Assembly (NCBI GenBank): GCA_017601345.1
Contig: JAFNIT010000002.1
Coordinates: 11,826-75,825 of the forward strand
Origin: Candidatus Brockarchaeota archaeon
Lineage (GTDB): Archaea > Thermoproteota > EX4484-205 > JAAOZP01
Direction of reading: 5' to 3'
Length of the DNA stretch: 64,000 nucleotides
The number at the start of each line of letters is the position of its first letter. Position 1 is the stretch's first letter. The notes beneath the pieces were generated by a model. That model was not told the origin of the DNA. It saw only the letters and a list, made by a program, of their open reading frames with translations, and searched no databases. A program made the translations under genes and the position numbers. Shown here piece after piece: positions 47,898 through 58,603 of the stretch.

Positions 47898-49037
47898 TCA
47901 GCTTTTGCCCTTATTCTTCTCAACGAGCTTCAAGAATTTTTCGAAGTATATTCTTGCATCGAAGGGTCCTGGTGAAGCCTCCGGGTGAAACTGTACGCCG
48001 AACACCGGTTTACCCTCTATTTCAACGCCTTCCACTGTCTCATCGTTTACATTCAAGTGCGTAAGCCTCAGTCCGGAGTCTCTGAGGCTCTCCTTACTGA
48101 CTGCGAAGCCATGGTTCTGACTCGTTATGAGAACCCTGCCTGTCTCAAGGTCTATGGACGGGTGGTTCTGACCCCTATGTCCGAATTTTAACTTATAAGT
48201 GGTTGCTCCAAGGGCTAGGGAAATCAGCTGGTTACCCAGACAGATACCGAAGACGGGTAGGCCGTATTCAATAAGTCCCCTTACTGTTTTGAAAGCATAG
48301 TCGAGTATCGCCGGATCACCCGGCCCGTTTGAAACCAGAATGCCATCTGGCTCTAAACCCATTATTTTCTCCAAACCAGTATCGTGCGGAACCTGGATTA
48401 CTCTAAAACCCAATTCCAAGAGGTTTAATATTATAGATTTCTTAACGCCGAAGTCCATCAGGACGATTTTAAAGCCGTTTTCTCTAACCGGAGCGTGTTT
48501 GATAATCTTCTTCGTGGAGACTTCTGCAGCAAGATTTCTCTTGTTAGGATCCTGAACCCTCTTAGCCTTCTCTAAGAGTTCGTTGACGTCTATACTCTCA
48601 TCTTCATAATACACCTTCAAAATGCCTAGTTGTGTTCCCTTCACTCTTATCTTCTGCGTAAGCATTCTGGTGTCTACTCTTGAAATACCTGGTATTGATT
48701 CCTTCTCCAACCATTCCGGCAGAGACATTACTGAAGTCTTGTGGCTCGGGGTGTCTATGCACTCTCTCACTACAAATCCTCTTATCTTAGGCCTGTCTGA
48801 CTCGAAGTCATCGGGGTTTACTCCGTAATTACCTATTAACGGATATGTTTGGATAAGTATCTGCCCCCAGTAAGAGGGATCCGTTATCGACTCAACGTAT
48901 CCAACCATTCCTGTGTTGAAGACAAACTCGCCGTCGACCTCAGTGACAGCGCCAAAGCCCTCGCCGTGGACAATTGTGCCATCTGCAAGAACTATAACAG
49001 CCTTCTTTGCTTTCCTCCCGTTCAGGCTTTCCCCCAC
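47898..49037 (-). CDS. carA: Carbamoyl-phosphate synthase small subunit
   Basis: GEFVFNTGMVGY.ESITDPSY.GQIL, SNGPGDP, GICLG.Q, QNHGF, QFHPEASPGP. Confidence 0.97.
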   Translation of the reverse strand: MGESLNGRKAKKAVIVLADGTIVHGEGFGAVTEVDGEFVFNTGMVGYVESITDPSYWGQILIQTYPLIGNYGVNPDDFESDRPKIRGFVVRECIDTPSHKTSVMSLPEWLEKESIPGISRVDTRMLTQKIRVKGTQLGILKVYYEDESIDVNELLEKAKRVQDPNKRNLAAEVSTKKIIKHAPVRENGFKIVLMDFGVKKSIILNLLELGFRVIQVPHDTGLEKIMGLEPDGILVSNGPGDPAILDYAFKTVRGLIEYGLPVFGICLGNQLISLALGATTYKLKFGHRGQNHPSIDLETGRVLITSQNHGFAVSKESLRDSGLRLTHLNVNDETVEGVEIEGKPVFGVQFHPEASPGPFDARIYFEKFLKLVEKNKGKS

Positions 49038-49145
49038 GAGTGTTATCGGAGATTCTAAAACGAGGAGTTGACTATTTAAGGTTATCTAAAGCCTTCTTCA
49101 CTAGAGTAGGTAAAGGAAATAAGCCAGTATCGAGGATGGGAAACA

Positions 49146-49886
49146 ATGTTGGAGAGCCTGTTTAAGAGAAGAATCCTTGATAATGCTTTTTACAGGAAGA
49201 GCAGGATTGTCCTGGCTTTCGACGAGTATGGCGATAGCGATGCTGTTTTAAACAGGCTCCATCAATTCTGCGAGCAGCTTGGAGAGCATTTAGCAGGCAT
49301 TAAAATAGGTTATCCAACGATACTGTCTACAGGTCTCCCGCAGTTGAAGAAGCCTCTGAGTAAATTTAGCGGTGAAAACGTTTTTATAGCCGATGTGAAA
49401 ATGGCAGACATATCTTTCACCAATAGCCTTATTGCCAGACTATTGTACGAAACAGGTTTCGACGCAGTTATAGCACACGGCTTCATAGGCTACGAAGGCG
49501 GGTTAGAAGGAGTTTTCAAAGAGGCTGAGAAGCTTAAACGAGGAGTTGTGATCGTGGTGAGCATGAGCCACGTTGGCTCCGTGGAGTTTATAGACCCGTG
49601 TGTTGAGAAACTGGTTCAAACAGCTTTGAAACACGGTGCCGACGGGGCTGTAGCCCCAGCGACTAGGATTCGTGTTGTTAAAAGAGTGAGGGAAATAGCG
49701 GGCAGTAGGCTTCTAATATTTACCCCAGGCGTCGGGGCTCAGGGAGCACCGTATGGAGCAGGGCTCTTAGCCGGGGCTGATTTCGAAATAATCGGTAGGA
49801 GCATAACTGGTTCCCAAAACCCTCTTGATACAGTTTTAGAGGTGAAGAGGGAGCATGATAGAGTCCTCGCTGGAGGAGCTTGTTAA
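49146..49886 (+). CDS. pyrF: Orotidine-5'-phosphate decarboxylase
   Basis: IKIG, DVKMADISFT, PGVGAQG, IIGRSI. Confidence 0.93.
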   Translation: MLESLFKRRILDNAFYRKSRIVLAFDEYGDSDAVLNRLHQFCEQLGEHLAGIKIGYPTILSTGLPQLKKPLSKFSGENVFIADVKMADISFTNSLIARLLYETGFDAVIAHGFIGYEGGLEGVFKEAEKLKRGVVIVVSMSHVGSVEFIDPCVEKLVQTALKHGADGAVAPATRIRVVKRVREIAGSRLLIFTPGVGAQGAPYGAGLLAGADFEIIGRSITGSQNPLDTVLEVKREHDRVLAGGAC

Positions 49887-50478
49887 AGACATCTACCTGG
49901 CTGGCGGGTTCAGAATTGGAGAGTTCAAGCTTACCTCAGGGGGAGTAAGCCCCTACTACGTGGATCTGAGGATACTAGTGTCCAGGCCTAGGCTCTTCGA
50001 AAGACTCGTAGACTCCTACATAAGTAGGATGAGGACTATAGGAGAAGACTTCGACGTTATCGCCGGCGTCGAGACCGCTGGAATACCGATAGCCACGCTA
50101 ATATCTCACAAGACCGGTCTGCCAATGGTGTATGTGAGGAGTGCTGAGAGAGAGCACGGTACTGGGAAAATGGTTGAGGGAGAGCTTGAGGATGGGAATA
50201 GGGTCGTCGTTATCGACGATGTTCTAACCACGGGAAGGAGCATAGAGGGTGCTGTAAAAGCCATAAGCATGGCGGGGGGCAGGGTTCAGTACGCACTAGT
50301 ATTCCTAGACAGGCTTCAGAATGGTGTTAAGAGGCTTAGGGAGGCTGGGATAACAGCATACTCCGTCATAGACGTTAAGAGTTTCCTCAAAATACTGTTT
50401 GAAAACATGCTTATACGGGACCCTGAGTATGAGAAGATAACAAGGTACTTGGAGGGGTTTAGCAGTGTGGAGGAATAG
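49855..50478 (+). CDS. pyrE: Orotate phosphoribosyltransferase
   Basis: FKLTSG..SPYYVDLR, VVIDDVLTTG.S PRPP-binding motif. Confidence 0.93.
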   Translation: MIESSLEELVKDIYLAGGFRIGEFKLTSGGVSPYYVDLRILVSRPRLFERLVDSYISRMRTIGEDFDVIAGVETAGIPIATLISHKTGLPMVYVRSAEREHGTGKMVEGELEDGNRVVVIDDVLTTGRSIEGAVKAISMAGGRVQYALVFLDRLQNGVKRLREAGITAYSVIDVKSFLKILFENMLIRDPEYEKITRYLEGFSSVEE

Positions 50479-51409
50479 GGACCTGGTGGAGATAACTGAT
50501 TTCACGAAGAGGGATATCGAGAGGCTTTTCAAGCAGGCGGATATTTTCCTAGAGGCTAAGCTGGCTCCCCTGAAGATTCTGGAAGACAAGATAATGGCGG
50601 TGGCCTTCTTCGAACCGAGCACTAGGACAAGGCTTAGCTTCGAGGCTGCGATGCATAGACTTGGAGGCTCAGTCATAGGTTTTTCATCTGCCAGCGGTAC
50701 ATCCATGGAGAAGGGGGAGAGCCCAGAGGATACTATAAAAATGCTGGACACATATAGCGATGTGATAGTCATAAGACACCCTAGGGAGGGGGTTATGGAG
50801 GAATTTGCTCGTTTAGCAGAACATCCTGTGATAAACGCTGGGGAAGGACAGGCCAGTCATCCGACTCAAGCCCTTGTGGATCTATATACTATTCTAAAGG
50901 AGAAGGGGAGAATAGAAGGATTAGAGTATGGTATTATGGGCGATGTTAAACACGCTAGGACTGTTAAGGATTTCATAAAAGGGTTAAGCATCTTCGGAGT
51001 TAAAGAAATAACCATAGTGTCGCCTAAGAAGCTTGCTCCAGATGAGAGCTTTGTTAAAAGCATGGAGTGGAGAGGAATAGGGTTGAATCATTATGAGAAA
51101 ATTGAAGACGTTTTAAGCAGGCTCGACGTGCTGTACCTCGTTAGACTCCAGGTTGAGAGGTTTAGTAGCTTACGCGAAGCCGAGGAGCTTAAGGGAAGCT
51201 ATGTTTTAACGTTGAAGACGCTAGAATCTGCTAAGAAGGACTTTAAGATACTGCATCCGCTTCCGAGAACTGAAGAACTACCCAGAGAAGTGGATAATAC
51301 TCCTTACGCAGCATATTTCAAGCAGGTTTTCTACAGCATACCTGTCAGAATGGCAATACTAAGCCTAATACTCACAGATATCGAGAGAGTTCAAGAAGGC
51401 TTGATATGA
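50465..51409 (+). CDS. pyrB: Aspartate carbamoyltransferase catalytic subunit
   Basis: FFEPSTRTRLSF, HPTQAL.D, GDVKHART, RLQVER, LHPLPR. Confidence 0.95.
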   Translation: MWRNRDLVEITDFTKRDIERLFKQADIFLEAKLAPLKILEDKIMAVAFFEPSTRTRLSFEAAMHRLGGSVIGFSSASGTSMEKGESPEDTIKMLDTYSDVIVIRHPREGVMEEFARLAEHPVINAGEGQASHPTQALVDLYTILKEKGRIEGLEYGIMGDVKHARTVKDFIKGLSIFGVKEITIVSPKKLAPDESFVKSMEWRGIGLNHYEKIEDVLSRLDVLYLVRLQVERFSSLREAEELKGSYVLTLKTLESAKKDFKILHPLPRTEELPREVDNTPYAAYFKQVFYSIPVRMAILSLILTDIERVQEGLI

Positions 51410-52224
51410 GAATGTTTGGGAAACTCCACTACTATGTTGAAGCAGAAGTAGTGCGCAACATAAGTGAAACGAGCAGAGTAAATACCCTCGTGCTAAAACT
51501 AGGTCAATGCATGGATATTAAGCCTGGACAGTTCCTAATGGTATGGAGACCGAGTGACGGGGAAATACCGATAACACCATCATTAACTCAGGAAGATACT
51601 GTTTGCCTCACGATAGAAAAAGTCGGCTTCACCTCAAGCAGGCTAGCTGGTCTTAAAGCTGGTGAGAAGATCTTCCTAAGAGGACCGTATGGAAATGGCT
51701 TCAACCTCGAATACCCTGGGAAATACCTTCTCGTAGGAGGAGGCACCGGCGCGGCCTCGTTAACACCAGCATATTTAAAACTGGTTGAGAAAGGTGTTCA
51801 AACCCTCTTCCTAGTTGGAGGGAGGAATAGTGATAATCTTGTCTACGTCAATAAGCTCAGAGAGCTTAAGGCGAATATTCGAATAGCCACTGACGACGGT
51901 AGTTTAGGGTTTCACGGCACTCTGCCGGAATTCTTCAAGGAAATTATTGCCGAGAGCTTTTTCGAAAACGTCTTGACAATAGGGCCGGAGAAGATGATGG
52001 TTAAAATAGCTGAAGAGTGTCATAGGAATGGGATAAGATGCCAAGTCTCTTTAGTCAGGATTGTGAAGTGTGGAATAGGATTCTGTGGCTCATGCGCTCT
52101 AGACCCCGTCGGCTTAAGAGTATGCGTAGACGGCCCCGTTTTCAACGCTGAGGAAATACTTGGCACAGACTTTGGAGCATACATGAGGAATGAGGCAGGT
52201 AGGAGAGTGGAGGTTACTCTTTGA
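51406..52224 (+). CDS. pyrK: Dihydroorotate dehydrogenase electron transfer subunit
   Basis: PGQFLMVW, RGPYGNGF, GGGTG, CGIGFCGSC..VCVDGPVF. Confidence 0.93.
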   Translation: MRMFGKLHYYVEAEVVRNISETSRVNTLVLKLGQCMDIKPGQFLMVWRPSDGEIPITPSLTQEDTVCLTIEKVGFTSSRLAGLKAGEKIFLRGPYGNGFNLEYPGKYLLVGGGTGAASLTPAYLKLVEKGVQTLFLVGGRNSDNLVYVNKLRELKANIRIATDDGSLGFHGTLPEFFKEIIAESFFENVLTIGPEKMMVKIAEECHRNGIRCQVSLVRIVKCGIGFCGSCALDPVGLRVCVDGPVFNAEEILGTDFGAYMRNEAGRRVEVTL

Positions 52225-53528
52225 CGCGTGTTGATACGCTCTTCACCGGCAGAGTGTACCACAGGGGCGAATTTAAAGAAGCCTGCATCGGAGTTGAGGA
52301 TGGAGTAATATCCTTCATAGGAAAAGAGGTTAACGCGCCTTCCTATGATGAGAAGATAGATTTCAAAGGGCTTTTCATCATACCCGGCCTAATAGACATA
52401 CATGCGCATTTAAGGGGGATGGGATTGAAGCACAAGGAGGATTTCTTTTCAGGAACCTGTGCTGCAGCAGCGGGTGGTTTCACGCTTGTCCTAGATATGC
52501 CTAACACCAATCCTCCTACCAACTCCCGTTTAAGGATGATGGAGAAGGTTGAAGAGGCGAAGACGCAGATAGTTGTCGACACAGGCTTCTTCTTCGGCAG
52601 GCCCGAAGAAGCGTCTGAAGCGGAGAAGCTCGTTAAAACCCATGCAGTAGGCCTTAAACTATACCCTGAGGATTACTCTAGAAACGTTCAGCCGAGCCTT
52701 GTTGAAATAGTCAACATAGTTAGGAGGAACAACAAGAAAATAGTTTTCCACCCGGAGGATTTTTCGATCATAGAGCAGAATAGAAAAGCCTATCCGGAGA
52801 TGCTTAAGGGAGTTGAGAAGCATTCTTTCATAAGGCCATTGGAAGCAGAGTTTTCGGCCCTGGACTTGTTCTACAAATCGTTTGGAACCGGTGCGCATGC
52901 AACCCACTTAACGAGTGTTGAAAGCATTACGAGGGCCAGGGTAAACGGTTTTACTTACGACGTTAGCGTTAACCATTTGACTTTAACCAATAACTACCTT
53001 TTAGCATTGGGCGGAATATGTAAGGTGAATCCTCCCTTGAGAAGCCCTGAGGAAAAACAAAGGCTGGTTGAAAGCCTCAACAAGGGCACTGTTCCAATAC
53101 TTACTACGGACCATGCTCCACACACGTTGGAGGAGAAGAACCTCACACTCTACGATGAGATACCTCCCGGAATACCCTGCTTCGAAACAGCGTTTCCAGC
53201 AATTCTAGACATGTTTCACAAGACAGGCTTGAATCTCCACGCAGCTATTAAGGCTTTTACACGTGGGCCAGCCGAGTTCCTAGGCGATAGGAGGCTCGTA
53301 GCTATAATCGAAGGTAATCTAGCGAACCTGACAATATTCGATCCGAAGGAGGAGTGGAAAGTAAAACCTGAAGAATTCTATACTAAGGCCAAGTATTCAC
53401 CGTTCGCCGGAAGGGTTCTAAAAGGCAGGGTTAAAGCAACCGTAGTAAGAGGCGTTTTAGTATTCCAAGACGGTGAGATAAAGGTTGAGAGAGGTTTTGG
53501 GGAAATATATGGAATGAGCGAGTATTAA
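52221..53528 (+). CDS. pyrC: Dihydroorotase
   Basis: PGLIDIHAHLR, AAAAGGFT.V.DMPNT.P, KVNPPLRS, TDHAPH. Confidence 0.92.
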   Translation: MTRVDTLFTGRVYHRGEFKEACIGVEDGVISFIGKEVNAPSYDEKIDFKGLFIIPGLIDIHAHLRGMGLKHKEDFFSGTCAAAAGGFTLVLDMPNTNPPTNSRLRMMEKVEEAKTQIVVDTGFFFGRPEEASEAEKLVKTHAVGLKLYPEDYSRNVQPSLVEIVNIVRRNNKKIVFHPEDFSIIEQNRKAYPEMLKGVEKHSFIRPLEAEFSALDLFYKSFGTGAHATHLTSVESITRARVNGFTYDVSVNHLTLTNNYLLALGGICKVNPPLRSPEEKQRLVESLNKGTVPILTTDHAPHTLEEKNLTLYDEIPPGIPCFETAFPAILDMFHKTGLNLHAAIKAFTRGPAEFLGDRRLVAIIEGNLANLTIFDPKEEWKVKPEEFYTKAKYSPFAGRVLKGRVKATVVRGVLVFQDGEIKVERGFGEIYGMSEY

Positions 53529-53604
53529 TCATTCTATAAGCATCTTATTTGGATTAATTTTTGAATCTTGAAAGGTTAATAATCGACTCGCTGTTTTTAA
53601 AACA

Positions 53605-54525
53605 ATGCATCCGGATATGAAAGTGGAGTTGGCTGGACTAGCCCTAAGGTCGCCTCTCATAGTGGCATCTGGAGTACTAGGTTCTTCAACAGGGCTGATC
53701 AAGAGGGTTTCTGAAAACAATAGCGTAGGCGCGGTAGTCACTAAGACAGTAACTTACAATCCTAGGAACGGTTACGAGAATCCTACTGCCGTAGACCTAG
53801 GGTTCGGTTTTCTCAACGCAATGGGGCTTCCAAACCCTGGCTACTTGGATTACAAGAACGAATTAGCTGAGCTCAGAGACAAAATCGAAATACCCTTGAT
53901 AGTTAGCATAGGACCTTCCAATAGTGAAGAAGCTGCTGAAATGGTTAAGGCTCTAAACGATGTCTCAGACGCCTTCGAGCTTAATCTCTCCTGCCCCCAT
54001 ACTGAGAAACTGGGATTAGAAGTCGGGTCGGATCCTGAGAAAGTCAGGAGCATTACAGCATCCACCAGAAAATATACTTCAAAACCATTGTTCATCAAAG
54101 TAAGCCCTAATGTGACTGATGTTGTGGAAATAGCCAGAGCCGCTGTAGAAGCCGGTGTTGATGCAATAACTGCAATAAACACTTTGAAAAGCATGGCTAT
54201 AGATGTTAATGCTATGAAGCCTGTTCTCTCAAATACTTACGGCGGGCTTTCAGGAAGAGCCATCCATCCGATTGCCGTGAGAATAGTCTACGAGTTGTAT
54301 GAAGCACTTGAAGTACCGATTGTGGGATGCGGCGGAGTCTATGATTGGAAGGATGCTATAGAGCTAATTCTAGCAGGGGCTTCAGCAATTCAAGTGGGTT
54401 CAGCAATAGCATATAGTAACGATTTTAAAATCTTCAACGACATAGAAAAAGGAGTTAACGATTATCTGGTAAATAAGGGATTTGGAAGCATTAAAAACAT
54501 TATTGGCTTAGCCCATAAATGCTAA
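53605..54525 (+). CDS. pyrD: Dihydroorotate dehydrogenase, catalytic subunit
   Basis: GAVVTKT, NAMGLPNPG, ELNLSCPH, KVSPN, INTL, YGGLSG.AI.P. Confidence 0.95.
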   Translation: MHPDMKVELAGLALRSPLIVASGVLGSSTGLIKRVSENNSVGAVVTKTVTYNPRNGYENPTAVDLGFGFLNAMGLPNPGYLDYKNELAELRDKIEIPLIVSIGPSNSEEAAEMVKALNDVSDAFELNLSCPHTEKLGLEVGSDPEKVRSITASTRKYTSKPLFIKVSPNVTDVVEIARAAVEAGVDAITAINTLKSMAIDVNAMKPVLSNTYGGLSGRAIHPIAVRIVYELYEALEVPIVGCGGVYDWKDAIELILAGASAIQVGSAIAYSNDFKIFNDIEKGVNDYLVNKGFGSIKNIIGLAHKC

Positions 54526-54527
54526 GT

Positions 54528-55448
54528 TTAAACGAACTCGAGCCATTGTAGATACTTTTCTGATTCCCCCTTCACTATCTTGTAGAATTCTTCCTGTATT
54601 CTTCTAGTAATAAGGCCTGGTTTACCGTCTCCAATCTTATAATTATCCATTTCAACCACTGGGACAACTTCAGCAGCCGTGCCCGTCATAAAGGCCTCGT
54701 CAGCGTAATAGAAGTCTATCCTCGTTAAGTCTCTCTCAACAACTTTAACACCGATGTCTCCCGCTATGTGGAAGACGCTATCTCTAGTTATGCCTTCAAG
54801 TATTCCGGACGCGGTTGAGGGAGTATATATCACACCGTCTCTAACCATGAAAATGTTCTCCCCACTGCCTTCTGAAACCATGCCGCGGGAATCCAGCATA
54901 ACCGCCTCATCGTAACCAGCCATCTTAGCCTCAACCTTGGCCAGGACACTGTTAATATACTGCCCGGTTGCCTTCACACCTGCTGGAATAGTGTTAACAT
55001 CTATTCTTCTGAAGGATGATGTTTTCACCCTTATACCATTTCTTATACCCTCGTCACCCAGGTATGTGCCCCAGGACCATGCTGCTACTACAACGTCCAC
55101 GGGAGAGTTCAACGGGTAAAGGCCCATCTCGCCGTAGCCTCGGAAAGCTATGGGTCTTATGTAAGCGCTCTTCAGACCGTTCTCCCTGACTACTGCTTTA
55201 CAAGCGTTTCTAAGCTCGTCTAGAGAATAAGGTATTTCCATGAAGTATATTTTAGCCGAGCGATAGAATCTTTTCAAATGGTCGGTTAACCTGAATACTG
55301 CTGTTCCCTTCTTGGTCTCGTAGGCCCTTATGCCTTCAAAAACACCAGTGCCATAGTGTAGACCGTGAGTGAGAACATGTACCTTAGCATCGTTCCAGTT
55401 TACTAACTTGCCGTTGAACCATATTTTGCTAACTTCCTGTATCGGCAT
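54528..55448 (-). CDS. ilvE: Branched-chain amino acid aminotransferase
   Basis: LHYGTGVFEGIRAY, YIRPI, KATGQYINS, EGSGEN, LEGITR, GTAAEV. Confidence 0.95.
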   Translation of the reverse strand: MPIQEVSKIWFNGKLVNWNDAKVHVLTHGLHYGTGVFEGIRAYETKKGTAVFRLTDHLKRFYRSAKIYFMEIPYSLDELRNACKAVVRENGLKSAYIRPIAFRGYGEMGLYPLNSPVDVVVAAWSWGTYLGDEGIRNGIRVKTSSFRRIDVNTIPAGVKATGQYINSVLAKVEAKMAGYDEAVMLDSRGMVSEGSGENIFMVRDGVIYTPSTASGILEGITRDSVFHIAGDIGVKVVERDLTRIDFYYADEAFMTGTAAEVVPVVEMDNYKIGDGKPGLITRRIQEEFYKIVKGESEKYLQWLEFV

Positions 55449-55523
55449 GGCTGATGCACTGCCAGCAGTAGCATTGTTGAAAAATCAAGATATAAACTTT
55501 CCTAGACTTGTATGCGAGATTAT

Positions 55524-57728
55524 TCAGACTATTATTATCTCCCTCTTCCTGCTGAAGGCGTAGAGCAAAAATATGATAACGATCAAACTGGCAGCGATGA
55601 GAATAATCATAAGTATGTTCAATCCGGTTTTCAAAGGCGGCGTCTCCCCACCGGGCTTCACAACGATACTAAGGCCCTTCCCCAGAGTAGGCTGGGCCAC
55701 CGAGTAGCTAAGCACCTCCGATTTCTCCCCCAGGTTATCCAGTATAGAATAGTCTACGGCTATGATTATCTTGGAATCTTCTGAGAACAATAGGCTGAGG
55801 CCCTGCCCATTCCAAAGGGTTAGGATATCCCCCTTGTCATGGGTGCGGAACTGGGTGATGGTAATGCTACTGTCTGAAACCTCTATTCCCAGATCCAGCA
55901 GGCTCTGCGTAACCGTAGAGTTCTTCAGCAAAACTCCTTTGAAAGTACCGTTGTAGTAAACCTTGACCGTCCTCACCCCAATCCTAGTGTCATTGTCGAA
56001 CAATATTGAGTCAAGCCTGAGGTAGTCTCCGTTCTTCGCAACAACCGGTTTAAAGATAACGCGTTCTTCGCTCTCAGTCTCAGGGGCTGAGAGCATTATC
56101 CGATTCTCGCCGTAATCCATGAGCTTGAGGAATGTGGAAAGCTCATCGTAGGCTTTTCTAAGAGAAGTCATATTGTTTTCCAAACTCTCTCTAATACTCG
56201 TCATGCTTGAAGAAGCGTTTTCAAGGAAGGGCATCATGCTCGACATGTTCGCACCCATCATGATGTTAGCCTCCCCGATTAGTCTCAGCATTGAACTAAT
56301 CTGTGAGAGCGCTAAAGAAACATGGTGAAGCCCAGAGAGCCCCCTGCTTAGCCCAGAGCCCATGCTCAATATGTTGGAACGGTATTCCTCAAGCATGTCT
56401 ACGAAGGACAATAGGCTGTTGAACAAGGGGTTTATTTGAGACTCAATTGATCCCAATTGATATTCAAGATTTTTCAAACTATTATACAGGGAGTCTATCC
56501 TCTCTATAGCATGGTCGATAAGAGCTATTTGATCCGGGTCTGTTAAATCGTTTCTCAAATCAACTAGAATCTCTCTGATCTCCAACAGGTCGTTCTCTGC
56601 GTCAATAATCATTCTAAGCACCGTGTTTAAAGCGTTTGAAGCAATGCTTTTAGAGGAATCGAGAAGCGCTCGAATTTGGTTGAAATCCACCTTAGAAATA
56701 TTCTCTATGATTATGGACAGCATTGAAGCAGCTTTAGATAGTTGAGAGGCTGCATGGCCGAGTTCAGATCCTATTCCTTCTAACATATTGCTCATTGCAA
56801 CAGCCTGATTGCCAGTGAATTCTAGAGTAGAGCTTAGGTTTCCAAGCATGCTCTTCATAAGGTTTACGAATTTTGTAAAATTGTTCAGAGGAGTGAGGAA
56901 CATATCCATCATGCTTATAGACATGTTTAAAGATTTCAATTGAGAACTCAGCAACTCTCTGATCGAATCCTCTATTGGTGAGAAAGACACTGATATCGGT
57001 GTCAACGGAATAGTGCCCCAGTCGTCGAAAGCCCTTATAACAGCCTTGACTTTAATTTCCGCTTCTTCTTTCAGTATGAACACCCATGAAACAGTGTCTT
57101 TCTCAAGCATACTGGTCATGTTGAACGGGGGATCGTAAACAATATCTTTGAAGTACTTTCCTGGAAGCGTTATCGAAACCGATACGAAAATAGGGGGTCT
57201 TGAAGAAATGTTCGTATCGGAGTCGAGTAGAACATTATTATTGTTTCTAAGCCTTATCCTCCACTCTACAGTATCGTTCTCTTTAGATTCCACGAAGAAT
57301 ATACCGTAGGCTGAAGAATAAGCGGGTTTCACACCATTAACCCTCGTCTCCACATCGATGCTGAGAGGAGCCCAGAGAGGTCTGCCACGTATTTCAAAAA
57401 TATTCGCACCAGGATTAGCTTGGACAATCCATTCGACGAGACAGAAGTCTCCGGAGTAGCCTACAAGCCTCGCTTCCCTCGGTAAATCCAGTGTCGAAGC
57501 ATCAACCCTAAATAACCTTTGTGTGAAGCGATGCTCTGCAACCGATTCACCGTCATTCTTAACAGTTATAGTAGACTTATACTCTAGGGTGTAGCTTCCA
57601 GTTAAAGGGTTTATTTCAGCGATGTACGTGAACAATTCGCTTACACTTATCTTCTCATTTGGCATTGCAAACAGCGCATGGGGCGTTACCAGAATTGTGG
57701 CGAGCAAGAGTGAAAGCAGGCGTTTCAA
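55524..57728 (-). CDS. Secreted, membrane-anchored protein with a long central helical region, associated with a MacB-like ABC system
   Basis: Signal peptide, beta-rich N domain, ~300-aa Ser/Leu/Met/Asn-rich heptad region, beta domain, C-terminal TM plus RKRE; overlaps the ABC ATPase stop. Confidence 0.75.
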   Translation of the reverse strand: MKRLLSLLLATILVTPHALFAMPNEKISVSELFTYIAEINPLTGSYTLEYKSTITVKNDGESVAEHRFTQRLFRVDASTLDLPREARLVGYSGDFCLVEWIVQANPGANIFEIRGRPLWAPLSIDVETRVNGVKPAYSSAYGIFFVESKENDTVEWRIRLRNNNNVLLDSDTNISSRPPIFVSVSITLPGKYFKDIVYDPPFNMTSMLEKDTVSWVFILKEEAEIKVKAVIRAFDDWGTIPLTPISVSFSPIEDSIRELLSSQLKSLNMSISMMDMFLTPLNNFTKFVNLMKSMLGNLSSTLEFTGNQAVAMSNMLEGIGSELGHAASQLSKAASMLSIIIENISKVDFNQIRALLDSSKSIASNALNTVLRMIIDAENDLLEIREILVDLRNDLTDPDQIALIDHAIERIDSLYNSLKNLEYQLGSIESQINPLFNSLLSFVDMLEEYRSNILSMGSGLSRGLSGLHHVSLALSQISSMLRLIGEANIMMGANMSSMMPFLENASSSMTSIRESLENNMTSLRKAYDELSTFLKLMDYGENRIMLSAPETESEERVIFKPVVAKNGDYLRLDSILFDNDTRIGVRTVKVYYNGTFKGVLLKNSTVTQSLLDLGIEVSDSSITITQFRTHDKGDILTLWNGQGLSLLFSEDSKIIIAVDYSILDNLGEKSEVLSYSVAQPTLGKGLSIVVKPGGETPPLKTGLNILMIILIAASLIVIIFLLYAFSRKREIIIV

Positions 57729-58603
57729 TGCTTAACCCTCAGCTCCTTATCCTCAAGGTTTTTCAAAGCTCTCTCATAGGACTCGCTCGATATCATTCTG
57801 CTTTTGAAAAGCCTCTCAATATTCTCCCTCTCAAGCCTCAAAATATCTAATTGAATCCTTCTCTTAGACTCTAAAGCCGCCTCATCCATGGGCATACGCT
57901 CCAAGAAGCTCCTCGGCGCCTCCTCGTATATCTGGCCGTCTCTCATGAAGAATATCTTGTTTGTTATTCTCGCAAGCTCAACGTTGTGCGTTACGATTAT
58001 TATAGTATTGCCGAAGTTGTTCAAAAGCTTTAGGGTAGCGATGATCTCTGCAGAGGATGATACATCCAGGTTTCCAGTGGGCTCGTCAGCCAATATGTAA
58101 GTAGGATTGTTGGCAAGTGCTCTCGCAATAGCGACCTTCTGCTGCTGTCCTCCGCTAAGCCTGTTAGGAGGGTTCCTCAACCTATCCTCCGGGAAGCCGA
58201 CTAGCCTCAGAAGGTGGAGGGCCTTAAGCCTAGCCTCTTTCAGCATATACCTTCTCGAAAGCAGCATGGGCAGCATAACATTCTCTATAGCTGAGAGGTT
58301 CGTTATGAGGTTAAAGAATTGGAATACAAAGCCTATCTTGTTCTTCCTAAATGCTGTGAGCTCGCTTTCGCTGAGCTCAGTCACGTCAACGCCGTCTATC
58401 AAAACCCTTCCCGAAGTAGGCCTGTCAAGGGTTCCAGCTATGTGAAGCAAAGTCGACTTTCCTGAGCCCGAGGGGCCGATTATCGATATGAAATCTCCTC
58501 TCTCAACCCTAAGCGAAACGTTCCTCAGTGCTTTAACCTCAATATCCTTACCCAAAAAGTATGTTTTCGAAACGTTTATGCATTCTAACGCTGGGCTACT
58601 CAT
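57725..58603 (-). CDS. ABC transporter ATP-binding protein (LolD/MacB type)
   Basis: GPSGSGKST, GFVFQFFNL, LSGGQQQKVAIARAL, ADEPTGNLD, VTH; extra helical C-tail. Confidence 0.93.
   Translation of the reverse strand: MSSPALECINVSKTYFLGKDIEVKALRNVSLRVERGDFISIIGPSGSGKSTLLHIAGTLDRPTSGRVLIDGVDVTELSESELTAFRKNKIGFVFQFFNLITNLSAIENVMLPMLLSRRYMLKEARLKALHLLRLVGFPEDRLRNPPNRLSGGQQQKVAIARALANNPTYILADEPTGNLDVSSSAEIIATLKLLNNFGNTIIIVTHNVELARITNKIFFMRDGQIYEEAPRSFLERMPMDEAALESKRRIQLDILRLERENIERLFKSRMISSESYERALKNLEDKELRVKH

Noticed and set aside
49146-54525. Absence of pyrI from the pyr cluster
   Set aside because: It may lie elsewhere in the genome; cannot be judged from this window.
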